DNA from: Narcine bancroftii
Taxonomy: Eukaryota
Length of the DNA stretch: 64,000 nucleotides
Assembly: GCF_036971445.1 (NCBI RefSeq)
Contig: NC_091471.1
Coordinates: 275,652,001-275,716,000, forward strand
Direction: 5' to 3'
The notes beneath the pieces are model-generated. The model was given only the letters and a program-made list of their open reading frames with translations, ran no database searches and was not told the DNA's origin. A program made the translations under genes and the position numbers. Of the stretch, positions 36,795-49,554 are shown piece after piece. The first letter of the stretch is position 1; each line of letters opens with the position of its first letter.

Positions 36795-39700
36795 AAACAA
36801 GGACTTGCATTCAACCTAGTCAGAGTAAATAGACCCATGTTTAAATAGGTTCTGTCAATCCAGGTGTCACTTGTTTCTCTTACACTTGCAGAGTTTAAAG
36901 CAATGTAATTTATATAATGACGCTAATCAAATTACACCATCACAATTAGGTAATTAAGCAACTTGTAAGGTAGAAGATCATGTGTTCAGATAAAATAGGG
37001 TCATTTTCTTCGTGTGGTTAGTCTGTAGTCAAAGGAATCAGTGAAACCAGCAGAATGTGTCCAATATTCTGGTGGGAGACTTCCAAGAATACTAGAAGAA
37101 AAATAATGCACCTTCAGATCTTAACAAAACTGGGCTGCAATCAAGAGGTTAAAAGAAACAGAAGATCTTATCACGATACAATCTAGAGAGGACCTGACAG
37201 CAAAGGAGCTGAGAGAGTATTTCCTGTCACTGAAGAATGTAGAAGTTGGGGAAACTCATGGAGGTGAGTAGAAATTTCTTCACTCAAATGGATTAAAAAA
37301 ATCTCAGCAGGAACATATTTTCAGACAAGGCAATTTTTTTGGTACTAAAAGCAAAGGATATGACCAAGCAGGAAAGGGCCACAGTACAGCATGGGAACAC
37401 GCAAAGTGGGCCCTCAGTATGTGGGAAGGGAGTGTGAAAAATATCACCCGATGAGTTAGATGCCAAACTATCAGGGCTTGCGCATACATAGTCAATTATC
37501 AAACTGAATTCATCATTCCCTGAAAAATGACAAAAATATTACTTTTTTCCCCACTTGCACAATTTTCCCCAAAAGAATCCACTTTTCCATTACAAACACT
37601 GAAGCAACACAAATTTGGAAAGCTATAGTGGAAACAAAAGTCTTTCTCAATCAGGAAACAAAAGGTTTTTCCATGATTCAAAGCAAACCAACTGTAGGGA
37701 GAACAGGTATACTAAATGAAGTCCTCAATATTGAGGAGCTTCAAAAGTATGAATACCCCACTGAGCACAAGTTGCAAATATTAAATTTGTTCTCCAGCTA
37801 TGAGAAGTATTCCACTAGTGTCAGTGTAACCCCACTGAACTGGGGCTCAAGAAAATCAGAACTGTGATCAATCACTACTTGTCACTCGAATAATCCATTG
37901 CAGTTCAAGACACAGGAAACCAAAAAGCTACCATGTCTGCAATACTTCACTGATGAAACACTCTTTACCCCTGGAGACAACAACAGCCTCTCTTCGAATT
38001 TCGTGGACTTTGCTTAAATTTCTGAAATCAAGTATTTAACTGCAAAAATAGTAAAGAAACTTCTTCCTGAAGTTTAACTAAAAGATTGCAGTGAAACTCA
38101 AATAATAGCCACATTTCTGAGAGATTAGAAACACACTACATTAGGCAATTTTAAACAATTACTGGCAATTAAAATACCACAATAAGAAGCCATGCTCAGT
38201 TAGATCTTGCCTCAAACTGCATCAGATTGTATTCTTAGTAGGATCTAAACATTTTCAAGTAGTGTTATATGGAGTTTTTTTTTCTACAAGTTTATCTAAT
38301 AATGAACTTTCCTTGATCCACGTTGAAACTACAGGTGGAGCATTTTATTATCAATTTCACTTAATTTATATAATTCCGCAATAAATATTTAAATTCCCAT
38401 TATTACAACTCCCACATTTCTCTTCAAGAGTGTAAACCCTGAATAACTTGCATCAATTACCATTTTCCAAACCACCTCATCGCAAAAATTAAACATACAC
38501 AGCTTTGACATGATTGATACTACGGCTCAGAAGTGGCTGTGTCCAGTGTCAAGACAATAACAAACAATGATTGGAACTTTCCCATTTCCCACCATCTTAG
38601 ACTTGATTTCCTTTCACATATCCTAACCTTTTCCACTGCCTTGACGGAATCACCAACAGTTCCATACTTGTGAGAGACCAGCCAAACAAATATGCTTCAT
38701 AACAACAAATTGCCACTTTGGAGCAACTTGATTTCTGCTACTTTCATCTCCACACGCTTCCAAAATTAAAGATTTGGGTGAAGAGTCAGGACAAAAAAAA
38801 AAATTGGTGAACCTCTTTCCTGCCCTCAATTTTCCCACTGTTTCGGCCCCAAATAGTCTATCTCAAGGTCCTGAATGTAATTACATATAGTGAATCCAAC
38901 CATCATTTTCTAACATCTGAGAATTAATAATAAGCGTTTCTACCCAATTCAACAGATCCCTTTGGTCCACACGGAAACCAAAATTCTAATTGCAAAGCCA
39001 CTCTTTGAGAACAGTAAATTAATTACATTCCAAGATCACAATTAGATTGAAACCACTTTGTTGCAAGGATCCACAGAGCCTATCACCTAGTGGCAGAACA
39101 CCAATAATGCAACCACACCAAGCAGCGGTCACTAAAAACTGCAAATCCACAATGAAAATAAGTTATACACATCTTTTCAAGACTCAACGTCCACAGTATG
39201 CACTGCGTAAGATGTTAATGTCTAGCAAATCTTGAGCAAATTTTGTTTAAAGGAACATCTGAGGGATGAAGCACCCCAAGATGATTACCTGATCATTTTC
39301 TAATGACCAACCATACTTGCCATGCAACTATCCTTGCTTCAAACTCCACTCTTTACAGCCTGAGGTACTTAAAATCAGTTAAATCGTGTATGATATCCAG
39401 TGTTGGCAACCACACCCCCTGCAGTAAAAATATGTAGATTTAGAAAAAGGGGGAAAAATTGATTTTCACTCATTTCCTAATGGAACTATTTCAAGGCAGA
39501 GAGATTCTTTTCCCAAGGAAGATATAATACTAAACAGTAAAACAAACCTAATTAGTTTCAATTTTATTATTTAGGAAAAAAAAGGCCAACATCGAAAACT
39601 ACTGAACCAAATATGGGTTTGAATTTTGTTTTGGTTAGACAAAACCTTGGCCCCACATTTCAAATGGACTCCATTGAAGACATCTGAAATTATAGGGAGT

Positions 39701-41125
39701 ACTCAGCAGGAAGATGATTAAAACTAAGCTGGTCGGAATTGTGCTCATGAATGAGGAAAAGCCATGGCCTATTTCTGTAGCACAACGGCGTGCATTAACA
39801 TTTGAGTATTAATACCAATACTTATTTGCCAGGATTTTCAATTTTTCAGTTTACTTTTAAGAATACTGGAATGTATGCACATAAAGTTATAAACAGCACA
39901 AGCTTGAAGTATTAAAATCGCAATGGAAAGAAACTTAAAATTGTTGACAGAGCGAACATTTTCCATTACTAAATATCCTTGAGAAAGGTGAGTAGTGTTA
40001 CTGGGTAGGGTATTTCAGGAATCTAACACAGGAAAGGAACAAAAGTGATATTTTCAAGATAGTGTTCATCTTTTATGAGTGGATGGGGGGAAAAAAACTA
40101 TTAATGTGGTAGCATTTTCATGTATCCAAAACACTCTAGCACAGGTAAATAACAGCAGTACATTTTGAAGGTGGTATGCACTGCACCATTGAATGATGGA
40201 GGGATAGGGTACCAAGGTGGCTACTTTGCCCTAGATATCAATGAACTACAAATGTTGGAACATCTGGTGTGTATGCAATTTATTACAAGACCCAGGACAA
40301 AAGCCAGGTATCTCCAGCAAGTTATTCACTGCCTGACACCCTAAGCCCTTTCCCTTATCTACAAAATGGAATACTCTCCATTTGCTAATATGAATGGAGA
40401 GGCAACAGCTCTCAAAAACCTCAACACCATTCAGGATAAAGCAGCTCACCAGACTTGATGAGTCCCTATTCTTAGGGACTTTCAGTGACTGCAGAACAAA
40501 TTGTTAACAAATAACACACCAATTACTCACCTAGGCTGCTCCAACAGCATCTTAGAAACCAGCACCCTCTACCATCATCAGGAAGGGCAAGGAAAGAACT
40601 CCCAGCCCAACAGCACTTTGGGAGAACCTTCACCAAGGCTGCAGCAGTTTAAGGTAGTTCCCAAGGGCAAGTGAAAATGTGTCATAAATGCTCTCACCAG
40701 GGACACCCAGATCTCAAAAATGAAGATGGAAAGAATCTTAATCCCACGAGTCGGCTCCCTCACTGCCCATCACATATCCTTTGACCTTCAGCCTAATCAC
40801 ACTGCTGCCAAGCATCACTTGGTAAAAAAATATTGAAGTTCACACACCCCTTTCCAACCCCAAGAGTGCATGGTTTCCTTGCTGCATTCTGTGTTTCTTT
40901 CAAGCGCTGCTCAACACACAGAAGCTCTGATGCATCAGATGAAGTTGAACAACAAGTAGGAGGTGGTCACCTTTCCAGAATTTGACTGATGCCAGGCAAC
41001 CTCATGGGCATATGGCAAATTCAGAACACATCACAAACTTGACTAGCAGGTCAGGGCCAACAAAACTACTGAGGCACCTCTGAATTCAAATGCAATGCAA
41101 ATTAAGTTCTTACCCAAAAGTCAAG

Positions 41126-41248
41126 CTATTCCAGTGCTTTAATGATTGCTTCGTTGGCTTCTATACTAATTAAGGCTTCTGCCCGTCCTACTTCATCAGT
41201 GGCAGATGAAAGTTCAGCAGTAGCCTTTTCCAAATTGGCTTTTGCAGC
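41126..41248 (-). CDS. ATP5F1D: ATP5F1D coding exon 4 (123 nt including TAG)
   Basis: TTGTTGCAG|GCTGCAAAA; AAKANLEKATAELSSATDEVGRAEALISIEANEAIIKALE*. Confidence 0.97.
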   Translation of the reverse strand, partial: AAKANLEKATAELSSATDEVGRAEALISIEANEAIIKALE

Positions 41249-44200
41249 CTGCAACAAAAATTCAAAAACATTAGATTCGTTATCCCAATTCTGCTGAAAG
41301 TTTTTTTGCTACAAATTAATTTTCTGAATTCCAGGGTTTTTTTTTCCCCTACTCTCAAATAGATTTATGCGCTTATCTACTGGTTCACACGAGCAGAAAT
41401 TCAAGTCAAGTGAGAGCAAATGGTTTCATGATCATCTCAAATTACACAATTAATAAATGACAGGTCAAATTATACAGAATATAAATAATTTGTATCTTAG
41501 CAGCACAAAATAAACAATTATCCATGAAGGAAGACAAGTGAATCTCTGCCAAGTTGTTCAAATTTGACATTGAAGGGATCAAAGATGGGACAGACATAAC
41601 ATTTTCAAATGAGGAAAATTCGCTTGCTTGGCTGCACATTCAAATGGTTCTTGCACGACAACCTAGAAATAATCATCAGTAGGCCGAAGAGCCATCTGTG
41701 CATCTTCTCTATTGCACGAATGACTTTCGGGAGATGAGCACAGAATATTCCAAATGCAATTTCACCAGAGGAATTTCAGGAGAAATTTTCTAACTTTTGT
41801 CCTTAAATCTTCTGACCAATAAAGGGACTGTTTGCCTTCCTAATTACTTGCATTGCCTGCTGCAGAGCTAAAATTCCTTTGAACATCAATACATTTCAAT
41901 CTCTTACTATTTGACGATATGTTGAAAAAAAAATCAACACAAGAAAATTAGTTGATATTTTCACATCACCCATCATATCCCCATCAATTCACTTTAATCC
42001 TCAAAGCACTTTGCATCCTCCTCAAAACTCACACTGGCACTCAGTGTTTAATCAAGTCATCAAGTAAGCTTGTACTTACACTGATATCCAAATTCTCCAG
42101 GGCTGTTGCCTCTTCAGCCAAAAGCTGAACCGAAGAGTCTGCGTTCACTGTCACAGAACCACTGCTTACTGGAACAAAAAACAATTTCAATGCAGGATTG
42201 CACAAGTTGATCCTGGATAGTTCATTAATTTTTAGTCTCTTTATTTTGATTTGCTTCCTGTAATTCTGGTTATTCAATCTGTTGCTATCATTGTGTTGAG
42301 CATGTACTGTGTGCTAGATAGAAAGGATCCTCTATAATGTTTTGAGCTCTATTTATATTTTAAATTTAAACATTCAGCATGGTAACAGGCTCTTTCAGCT
42401 CACAAGTCTGTGCTGCCCAACTACATCCTATTGACCTACACACCCAGGAGATTTTTGAACAGTGGGAGGAAATCAGAGCACCTGTAGGAAATCCACACAG
42501 ACAAACTCCTTACAGACAGTGTCACATTAAAACCCCCGGTCGCTGGCACTTCAACAGTATTGCACTAACTGCGCCATCCAAAGCAATGATCCTGGTAGAT
42601 CTCATCAACGAAGGAAAGGGAGACCCCAGCGATCTTCTTGGGTATTTTGATCATCTTTTGTATCGACTTCCGGTCCAATGATTGGCTGCTACCATACTAT
42701 GCAATGATGCAGCCAGACAGGACATTCTCAATTGAGCTCCTGAAAAAAGTTTCCAAAATGGAGGTGGGTAACCTCGTTACAAGTGTAGGTGGTGCTATGC
42801 CTTCCTGATTAATGAAGTTGATCCAGGATAGTCATCCTTTATATGCATACCAAGGATCTTTGTGCTTCCCATGAAAGAATAATTAAATGTGTAATGGAGA
42901 ATGGTCGGCTTTGGTCCGCCTGAAATCCAATTATTTCCTTCGTCTTGTTCACGTTGAGACTTAGGTCATTGTTCTAACCTCCTCAGTATTGTTGTTGATG
43001 TGGCCAACGACTATTGTCTCACCTACAACTGCACTGTCACTATTTTAAAAAATTTGCATTTCACTTTTACTATTTCTTCACAGTAAATGATCCAGATCTC
43101 AAAAACCAAGTTTGGGGGGTGGGGGTGGGGGGGGGGGGGGGGGAAGAGATAAACACACTGGACATCTGAGATAGAAGAATGCCAAAAACACTCAGCAGAT
43201 CAGATAAGATTGGAGGAGAGAGAACTAGTTCATGTAAAAGGTTAATATTCTTTACCTTTAATGGTTTAATATCCTCTTTGAACATTTTCAGGAAGGTTGG
43301 GATCAAATTAAAAATTGATAGCAAAAAGCAACAAAAAAATGGATACAAAAAAACCCAGAATGCAATCGACTATTGTGTAGATATCAATAAAGACATACGT
43401 ACAGTGCTCTTTTGTCCAGTTAGCATTCTTCTACCTCTGAGTGCCTTGTTCAAAACTGACATGGACATTAGGCCACAGTCCACGACACAGCTCAGGCATT
43501 GAACTAATATCAGAGCTTTGGACCTTTGCTTTTGACACACAACACTCAATCTCACCATGGCAGTTGAGAAATTTGAAAAGCAATGATAATGATGAAATTC
43601 AAGATCATTAATAGACAATAATAGATGAATGTCCTTCAGGGGAAAAAAAAACCTTTAAATCTTGCTATCCTACAATAGCAACTACTGTCTCTAAACCATC
43701 TCCTCACTTCCACAGTCCACAGTCTATCAAGAGCACGTGCAACTGACATGAGTACCCCCCCCCACCCACACCCCACCCACAGTAGTCAATTGCTGAGAAA
43801 CTGCAAATAAAAACCGAATGCAACGTCCATATTCATGAACAGGTGAGTGAAAAAGACCATTTCATTTGTATTCTTCGAATTTAAATTTTCCATTTAGCAA
43901 CCAAGTGTATAATTTCAGCCAATTATATATTTGAGTAACAGACTTCTACTCACTCTATAAAATTTACGTAGAAGTGTTGAATTTGCAGGCAGCATCCAAT
44001 ACCTGTCTGCCAGTAAATGAGTTACCACAACTACCATTAAACTGCATGCTTACAAGGCTGGAATTAACAACAAAAAGATAAACGTTGCACAAAGTATACA
44101 CATTTCCAGCAATGACATCACTTTGATGAATAACAGCATAAAAATTCACTGAAAACGTATCAATTGCCATTACATTACTTTCATGAAATTATAATTTCTC

Positions 44201-47200
44201 AGCCAAAATCACAAGTTAAAGTACCAAAATACTTGGTCGATCCACCCTCATCATCGAAGACAGTAACAATTCCAGGTTTTAGCACCTGAAGTGTGGGTAC
44301 ATGAGCTGGCAGAATACCGAAGCTTCCAGTCATTGTTGGAACATCTACTTGCTTAATACTGGCTTCTTTGTAAAAAACCTAATAAACAAAATAAATTAAT
44401 AGTGTTTAAAAAAAAACTGTTTCCTTAATAAAGTCAAAATGTTTCATTCATATTTTCAAGCCTACATTTTTTGGCAATCCAAAATGTACTCAAAAAGATG
44501 ATAATGAATTGCCATTTTGAACCACAGCAACTTTTCTGGTGGAAAATACTCCTTAAGTGCAGTTGGATTGTGTTCCAGAATTTAAACTTGGTCATGAAGG
44601 AATGCAGACATTTACAAATCAGAATGAGCTTGGAGGGGATCTTGCACATGATGCTCTCATGCGTCCACTGCCCTTCACCTTTTTGTGGGTCGGGATTGGG
44701 AGCTGTTGATAATGTAGACCAGGGGTGTCAAACTCAAATTCACAGAGGGCTAAAATTAAAAACTTGGACTAAGTCGTGGGCCAAACTAAATATTTATTGA
44801 AAATTTTCAACAACATCTGCATGTTTTCTCTTCTTTCAACATATGTAATGTTAAACTTTTTCTTATTAAAATAAATGTTTCATAATAGTTTTGGTTAAAC
44901 TCTTTCCAGGAGAAGCATTAACAAATGAGAAATAAAATATTCAATAAATAATATTTCTCTATAGCCTTTAAGCTCCTTTTAAATGTATTTTTTTTTTCAC
45001 AAGCCAACAAGTCAAAAAAAAACAACTTGCTTCAATGAAAATCCAATCTTTCAACTATGAACAGTCCAAAGTTAACCAAAGAAAATATGAATCCAAGCTT
45101 AGCTTGCTACACTGTGATTTACTCTGATGCACCTGGGTCTAAACCAGATACTTGGCATCTCTTCTTAGATGCAAGTTCATCAAACTCTGGGGTCAGAGTT
45201 TGCCTCTCTCCTGTCTTGAAAGGTCCTGTTTTCTGTGTTTCGTTTGGCCATTTTTCGTAAGGGGTTTATTACATGTGAGTTAGGCGACAGGTCGCAGATG
45301 CGAATGAAAGTAAAGAGAAGAGGTTGGGGCGATTAGCGGGCTGACGCCAATGCATTTGCAAAGCATTCTGGTATTTGTAGTATTAGCTGTGCATGCGCTA
45401 TACTGGCACGGCGGCCAGCGGGCCAGCTCTTTAATATGATCTTGTGGGCCAAATATAATTATATCACGGGTCAAATTTGGCCTGCGGGCCTGAGTTTGAC
45501 ATGTGTGATGTGGACTAAAAATATGTATTTACTAAAATTGTAAATTGCAGTCACAGTACTGGAAGGAATGAATGTTTAGTGTGACATTTATTTCAAGATA
45601 TGCAATTTCTGACCTGCTCTTGACATATGTAGCTGCTCCAAATAGTTTCCAGTTTTCAGAGCTATTGTAATTGTCAAAGGTTGATGTGGTCATTCTTCTT
45701 GGAGATATTTAAAATTTTACAAGGATATACATACAAAGCAGCAAGTCTCAAAATCCACATTTAAATATAGCTACCGAAAAAAAGCACGATTTAAACATAA
45801 TACACGGTGCATCTACTGGGAAGGGCACAGCCTACAATATCTATACTGAAAAATAGTTAAAAAAATACTTTAGTTGACCTCAATCATTTTGTTCCAAACC
45901 CATTACTGAAAGTGTATGCATCAATATCATAAAAAGCAGAGTAAATTAAAAGTTTCAGGGAGCAAATGACCGACTAACAAGCTCCAAATTGAAATATAAC
46001 CAACTGTCTACATTCAAGGTCAAAATAAGGAAAATGGTTAAAAAAAAGACAAGGTTATTTGAATCCATGCAACAAGTAGATGGGTTGCACCCAATACTCA
46101 TTGGAGAGCAAAGCAACAATAGTCAATAATATTCCTAGTTGAGGACAAAGGAAACATGGAAGTATTAAAGTTTATTTACCATCCAATTGTACCATTACAA
46201 CCCAATAAACAGCACTCTTTGGTCCACAGTGCCACACACATTCAGTCATAGCACACATACAGAAATACATATAATTAAAATAAACATTCTTAATAAATAG
46301 TGATGCCTCAGAGTTATTTTAGCAGTTTGTCAGTAGCTCAGCATTCTCAGTGCCTGTGGGAAGAAGCTGTTCGTCGGCCTGGTCGTGTTGGGTCTGATAC
46401 TCCTGTATCTTTCTCAACGGGAGTAGATGAAAGATGCTGCACGAGGGGTGGCAAGGGTGTGGGTGATAGGGGGAAGATGGTAGTGACAGAAAGGAATGGA
46501 ATAAAAACAGCAGAGAGAAAGCCCTTTGATGCAGTAGTAGAGAAAGACTCTGGCAGGAACCAGGAAATATGAAGGGCCAGAAGACATTGGTGGGAGGTAT
46601 GACAGGCTCCAAACAGCAGCTGGAAATGCGGAGTGGTCGAATGCCGAGAAACTGATTGTAAAGACTGAGACGCAAAGACGGGCGCATCATTATGGGCTAG
46701 GGGTGAACGGGCTTCACTCCTGGACACAGTCATTGAGAGATGGGGCAAGGCATCATTTGGAGGAGACCACTTCACCCTGTGGGTCCCGGCCGGTCGGTGG
46801 GTGTGTCTCTGTCCCTCCCCCTGTCCGTGCCCCTGTGTCTGTCCGTGCCCCTGTGTCTGTCCGTGCCCCTGTGTCTGTCCGTGCCCCTGTGTCTGTCCGT
46901 GCCCCTGTGTCTGTCCGTGCCCCTGTGTCTGTCCGTGCCCCTGTGTCTGTCCGTGCCCCTGTGTCTGTCCGTGCCCCTGTGTCTGTCCGTGCCCCTGTGT
47001 CTGTCCGTGCCCCTGTGTCTGTCCGTGCCCCTGTGTCTGTCCGTGCCCCTGTGTCTGTCCGTGCCCCTGTGTCTGTCCGTGCCCCTGTGTCTGTCCGTGC
47101 CCCTGTGTCTGTCCGTGCCCCTGTGTCTGTCCGTGCCCCTGTGTCTGTCCGTGCCCCTGTGTCTGTCCGTGCCCCTGTGTCTGTCCGTGCCCCTGTGTCT

Positions 47201-47459
47201 GTCTGTGTCGGACAGATGGTGCTCTCGGCGGAATCACCATTCAACTTAATCAGAGGCCCATTAAAAGGCGGCAGAGCCCGCTGCTCAAGGCCAAGGCCCC
47301 GGCCCCGGCCTTTACCTCGGACGGAGAAGCGAAGGTGAAGGACATCTTGGCGGCAGCGGCCGGCGCCGCTTCAGCGTAACCCCTCGCGAGGGCTGCCCGG
47401 GCTAGGAGCAGGACGCCGGGCCGGAATCCCGAACAGATCCGTGCGCTGAACGCGAACAT
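41126..47459 (-). CDS. ATP5F1D: ATP synthase F1 subunit delta, mitochondrial (4 coding exons, 510 nt, 169 aa)
   Basis: join(47459-47316, 44378-44225, 42168-42080, 41248-41126), all introns GT-AG with consistent phases 0,1,0. Protein: Arg-rich presequence MFAFSARICSGFRPGVLLLARAALARGY, then AEAAPAAAAKMSFTFASPSE-VFYKEASIKQVDVPTMTGSFGILPAHVPTLQVLKPGIVTV...KYFVSSGSVTVNADSSVQLLAEEA...AAKANLEKA...RAEALISIEANEAIIKALE*. Confidence 0.98.
42080..42168 (-). CDS. ATP5F1D: ATP5F1D coding exon 3 (89 nt)
   Basis: TTGTTCCAG|TAAGC...ATCAGT|GTAAGT; (V)SSGSVTVNADSSVQLLAEEATALENLDIS. Confidence 0.97.
42350..42578 (-). mobile_element. tRNA-derived SINE
   Basis: Reverse strand GGCGCAGTTAGTGCAATACTG...CCAGCGACCGGGGGTTTTAAT...CTGTCTGTAAGGAGTTTG, ending AAATTTAAA; same family as 54984 and 63000. 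Confidence 0.7.
44225..44378 (-). CDS. ATP5F1D: ATP5F1D coding exon 2 (154 nt)
   Basis: TTTATTAG|GTTTTTTAC...TATTTTG|GTACTT; VFYKEASIKQVDVPTMTGSFGILPAHVPTLQVLKPGIVTVFDDEGGSTKYF. Confidence 0.97.
44720..45507. mobile_element. Non-autonomous hAT (Charlie/Buster-like) transposon in ATP5F1D intron 1
   Basis: TIRs CAGGGGTGTCAAACTC and GAGTTTGACATGTGTG; 8-bp TSD ATGTAGAC (44712-44719) and ATGTGGAC (45508-45515); subterminal GGGCC repeats. Confidence 0.9.
46821..47198. repeat. Minisatellite, 21 x 18 bp (CTGTCCGTGCCCCTGTGT), ATP5F1D intron 1
   Basis: 378 bp of perfect tandem copies read directly. Confidence 0.98.
47316..47459 (-). CDS. ATP5F1D: ATP5F1D coding exon 1 (144 nt; mitochondrial targeting peptide)
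   Basis: GCCGGCATG start at 47459; ends GAG|GTAAAG. Confidence 0.95.
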
Positions 47460-47700
47460 GCCGGCTCTTTCCCCTCCAGCAAGGACAAGCCTGCCCCCAG
47501 CCTGCACCGCGGCCTCACACATGCGCACGGTGGTCGCTGTCGGCCCTGCTCGCAGTCGAACGACAACTCCCAGAATGCATTTTGAGCCGGCGCTGATGGG
47601 CGGGGCTGCGGTCGCTCGGGCAACACTCAGCCGGCCGCGCAGCATCCAAGGAGGGAGCAGGCTCTGGTATACTGCCCTCATCTACCTCGCGTTTCATCAA
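47460..47700 (-). promoter_or_regulatory. CpG-island promoter / 5'UTR of ATP5F1D
   Basis: High CpG density from ~47220 to 47700; NRF1-like CACATGCGCA (47518-47527), ZNF143/SBS-like ACGACAACTCCCAGAATGC (47560-47578), GC box GGGCGGGGC (47598-47606); no obvious TATA box. Confidence 0.85.
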
Positions 47701-48928
47701 TTTGGGCACTTTTTAAAGCACGCTCCAAAGTTATAATAACTCGTAATCATTTGTCTCAATTTAAATATTTTTAAAAAAATTTTTAAATTTAGACCTACAG
47801 CATGGTAACAGACCATTCGGCCAATTCATACCCAACTCCCTCCTCTCCTGGTCCCCTGTTCCCACTAAGCTGTGAGCGCGCGCACATCCACGTTTCGCAA
47901 CCAACACACGAAGCCACTGAATGTGCGCACAAAAGGCAAGTCACCTAAAATACTGGAGTCATTCATAATTATACTTATTGAAAATAATCTCTCAGCTAAC
48001 TGCTTCTGTTAACTAGTTAGTCAGTTAAACAAGTGGTTGTATATTAAAACATGCCAGTGCAGTTTTATTAGCTGAGAGAGATCGGCTGGGCCAAAATTAT
48101 CTTGAAACAATTTCAAGTGTACCTTTGTACAAGCATTCAGTGTGCCTGTACTTTAGTCACAGGAAACAAATTGCACCACCTAAGATTTTTGCACACACTG
48201 ACGACTAAAAATTAGAGAGAACGTTGCCTGGGACGTTTCGAACAAAATGATGAACAAAAACAATTTATTTGGAGGTAAACGAAAGACTACAGATGGTGGA
48301 AAACTGGCTAAAAGCATGAAATGCAGGAGGAACTCAGCAGGTCATGCAGCATCCATGGAAAGAACCCTGTTTTTCTTTCTACAGGCACTGCCTCATCTGG
48401 TGAATAAAAATAGGGGGTTGACGTTTACACAGTATTGACTTACACAGGTAACCAATGTTTCGAGTCTGAGCCCTTCATCAAGTTATGAACAAAAGCTATG
48501 AGGAGGAGGGAAGAAGGGGCAGGGGGAGGTGCACAGACCAACAGCCAAGACTCCATAGGTGGATATGGATAAGGAGGGCCAGAGCAAAAAGTTGAGTATT
48601 TATTGGTGTGGGGGGGGTGGGGGGGGAGGTGTAGGGTAGCTTTGTGAATGCAGAGCTGGAAGAAAAGAAACAGGGTGGAGAAAGAGAGAGAGAGGAGGGG
48701 AGTTGGAGGAAAGAAGACATAGGGATAGGGAAAGATGCAATTAAAGTTAACATGGTTGAATTAGAGTTAAAGTTTCTCCAGATCATTTATTGCATCCCAG
48801 GTGTAACTAAGTAGTAATACTCTTATATTTGAGCCAGTGGGCATTTTTACACAGAGACGTCAGAATTATTCCAAAAAATATTTTAGCATACTTACCTTTG
48901 ATGTATTCCGATGTGATCATTTGCACAA

Positions 48929-49163
48929 AGGCACTTTTACACAGCCTTCCTGTGTTACGGAGTTTGTCTGAGGGGGAATGTCATATTCATTCTTTACGGA
49001 GTGGCTGTGGTCAATTTACACTGCAGCTGCTTCATAAAAATGTGTAGGGGTACAAGTGGAAAAATTATGTGATGGCATTTGCATAAAAAATTCTGTCCCA
49101 ACATTTTTACACTGCCACCAGAGTGGAAATTCTCTGCTGTACAGTGGCTGTGTAAAAGTGCCT
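48929..49163. mobile_element. MITE with perfect 18-bp TIRs (PIF/Harbinger-like)
   Basis: AGGCACTTTTACACAGCC (48929-48946) and GGCTGTGTAAAAGTGCCT (49146-49163); internal TTTACACTGC repeats. TSD unclear. Confidence 0.7.
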
Positions 49164-49554
49164 AGTGTTGTGAGTTCAAGTTATTATCATTTCACTGTGC
49201 ATATACAAACAGATGAAACAGCATTTCTCTAGACCAGGGTGTACACACATAATACATTTCTCATAACACATAATAATCACATGCTTACATAAAATACAAA
49301 ATAAATATTAATATTCTTGAATAATTAGCTCATTTGTTTTTTAAGAGACCTATAGTTTAAACACAATATGAGACTTAAGGGCACTGTTGATGTTCTTTCC
49401 ATGTAAGACTGAGTTATTGCAACAATTCTGATAGTCTAATTACAGGAAGGATGTTATTAACCTGGATTGAGTGCAGCAAAGATTCACAATGATGTTGCTG
49501 GATTAGAGGGCTTGATTTATAAGGAGAGGCTGAATAGATTTAGACTTTTGGACA

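Noticed and set aside
39078-39098. Second CTCF-like word TCACCTAGTGGCAG
   Set aside because: Mismatches in the GGC part of the core; too weak without data.
46347-47379. Cys-rich (CPCPCV)n metallothionein/keratin-associated-like ORF and (GHGQTQ)n ORF
   Set aside because: Translations of the 18-bp intronic minisatellite; open in most frames by chance.
47460-47681. 74-codon in-frame N-terminal extension of ATP5F1D (upstream ATGs in ORF 47250..47681)
   Set aside because: It overlaps the promoter motifs, GC-rich DNA lacks stops by chance, and the ATG at 47459 gives the expected presequence and protein length.
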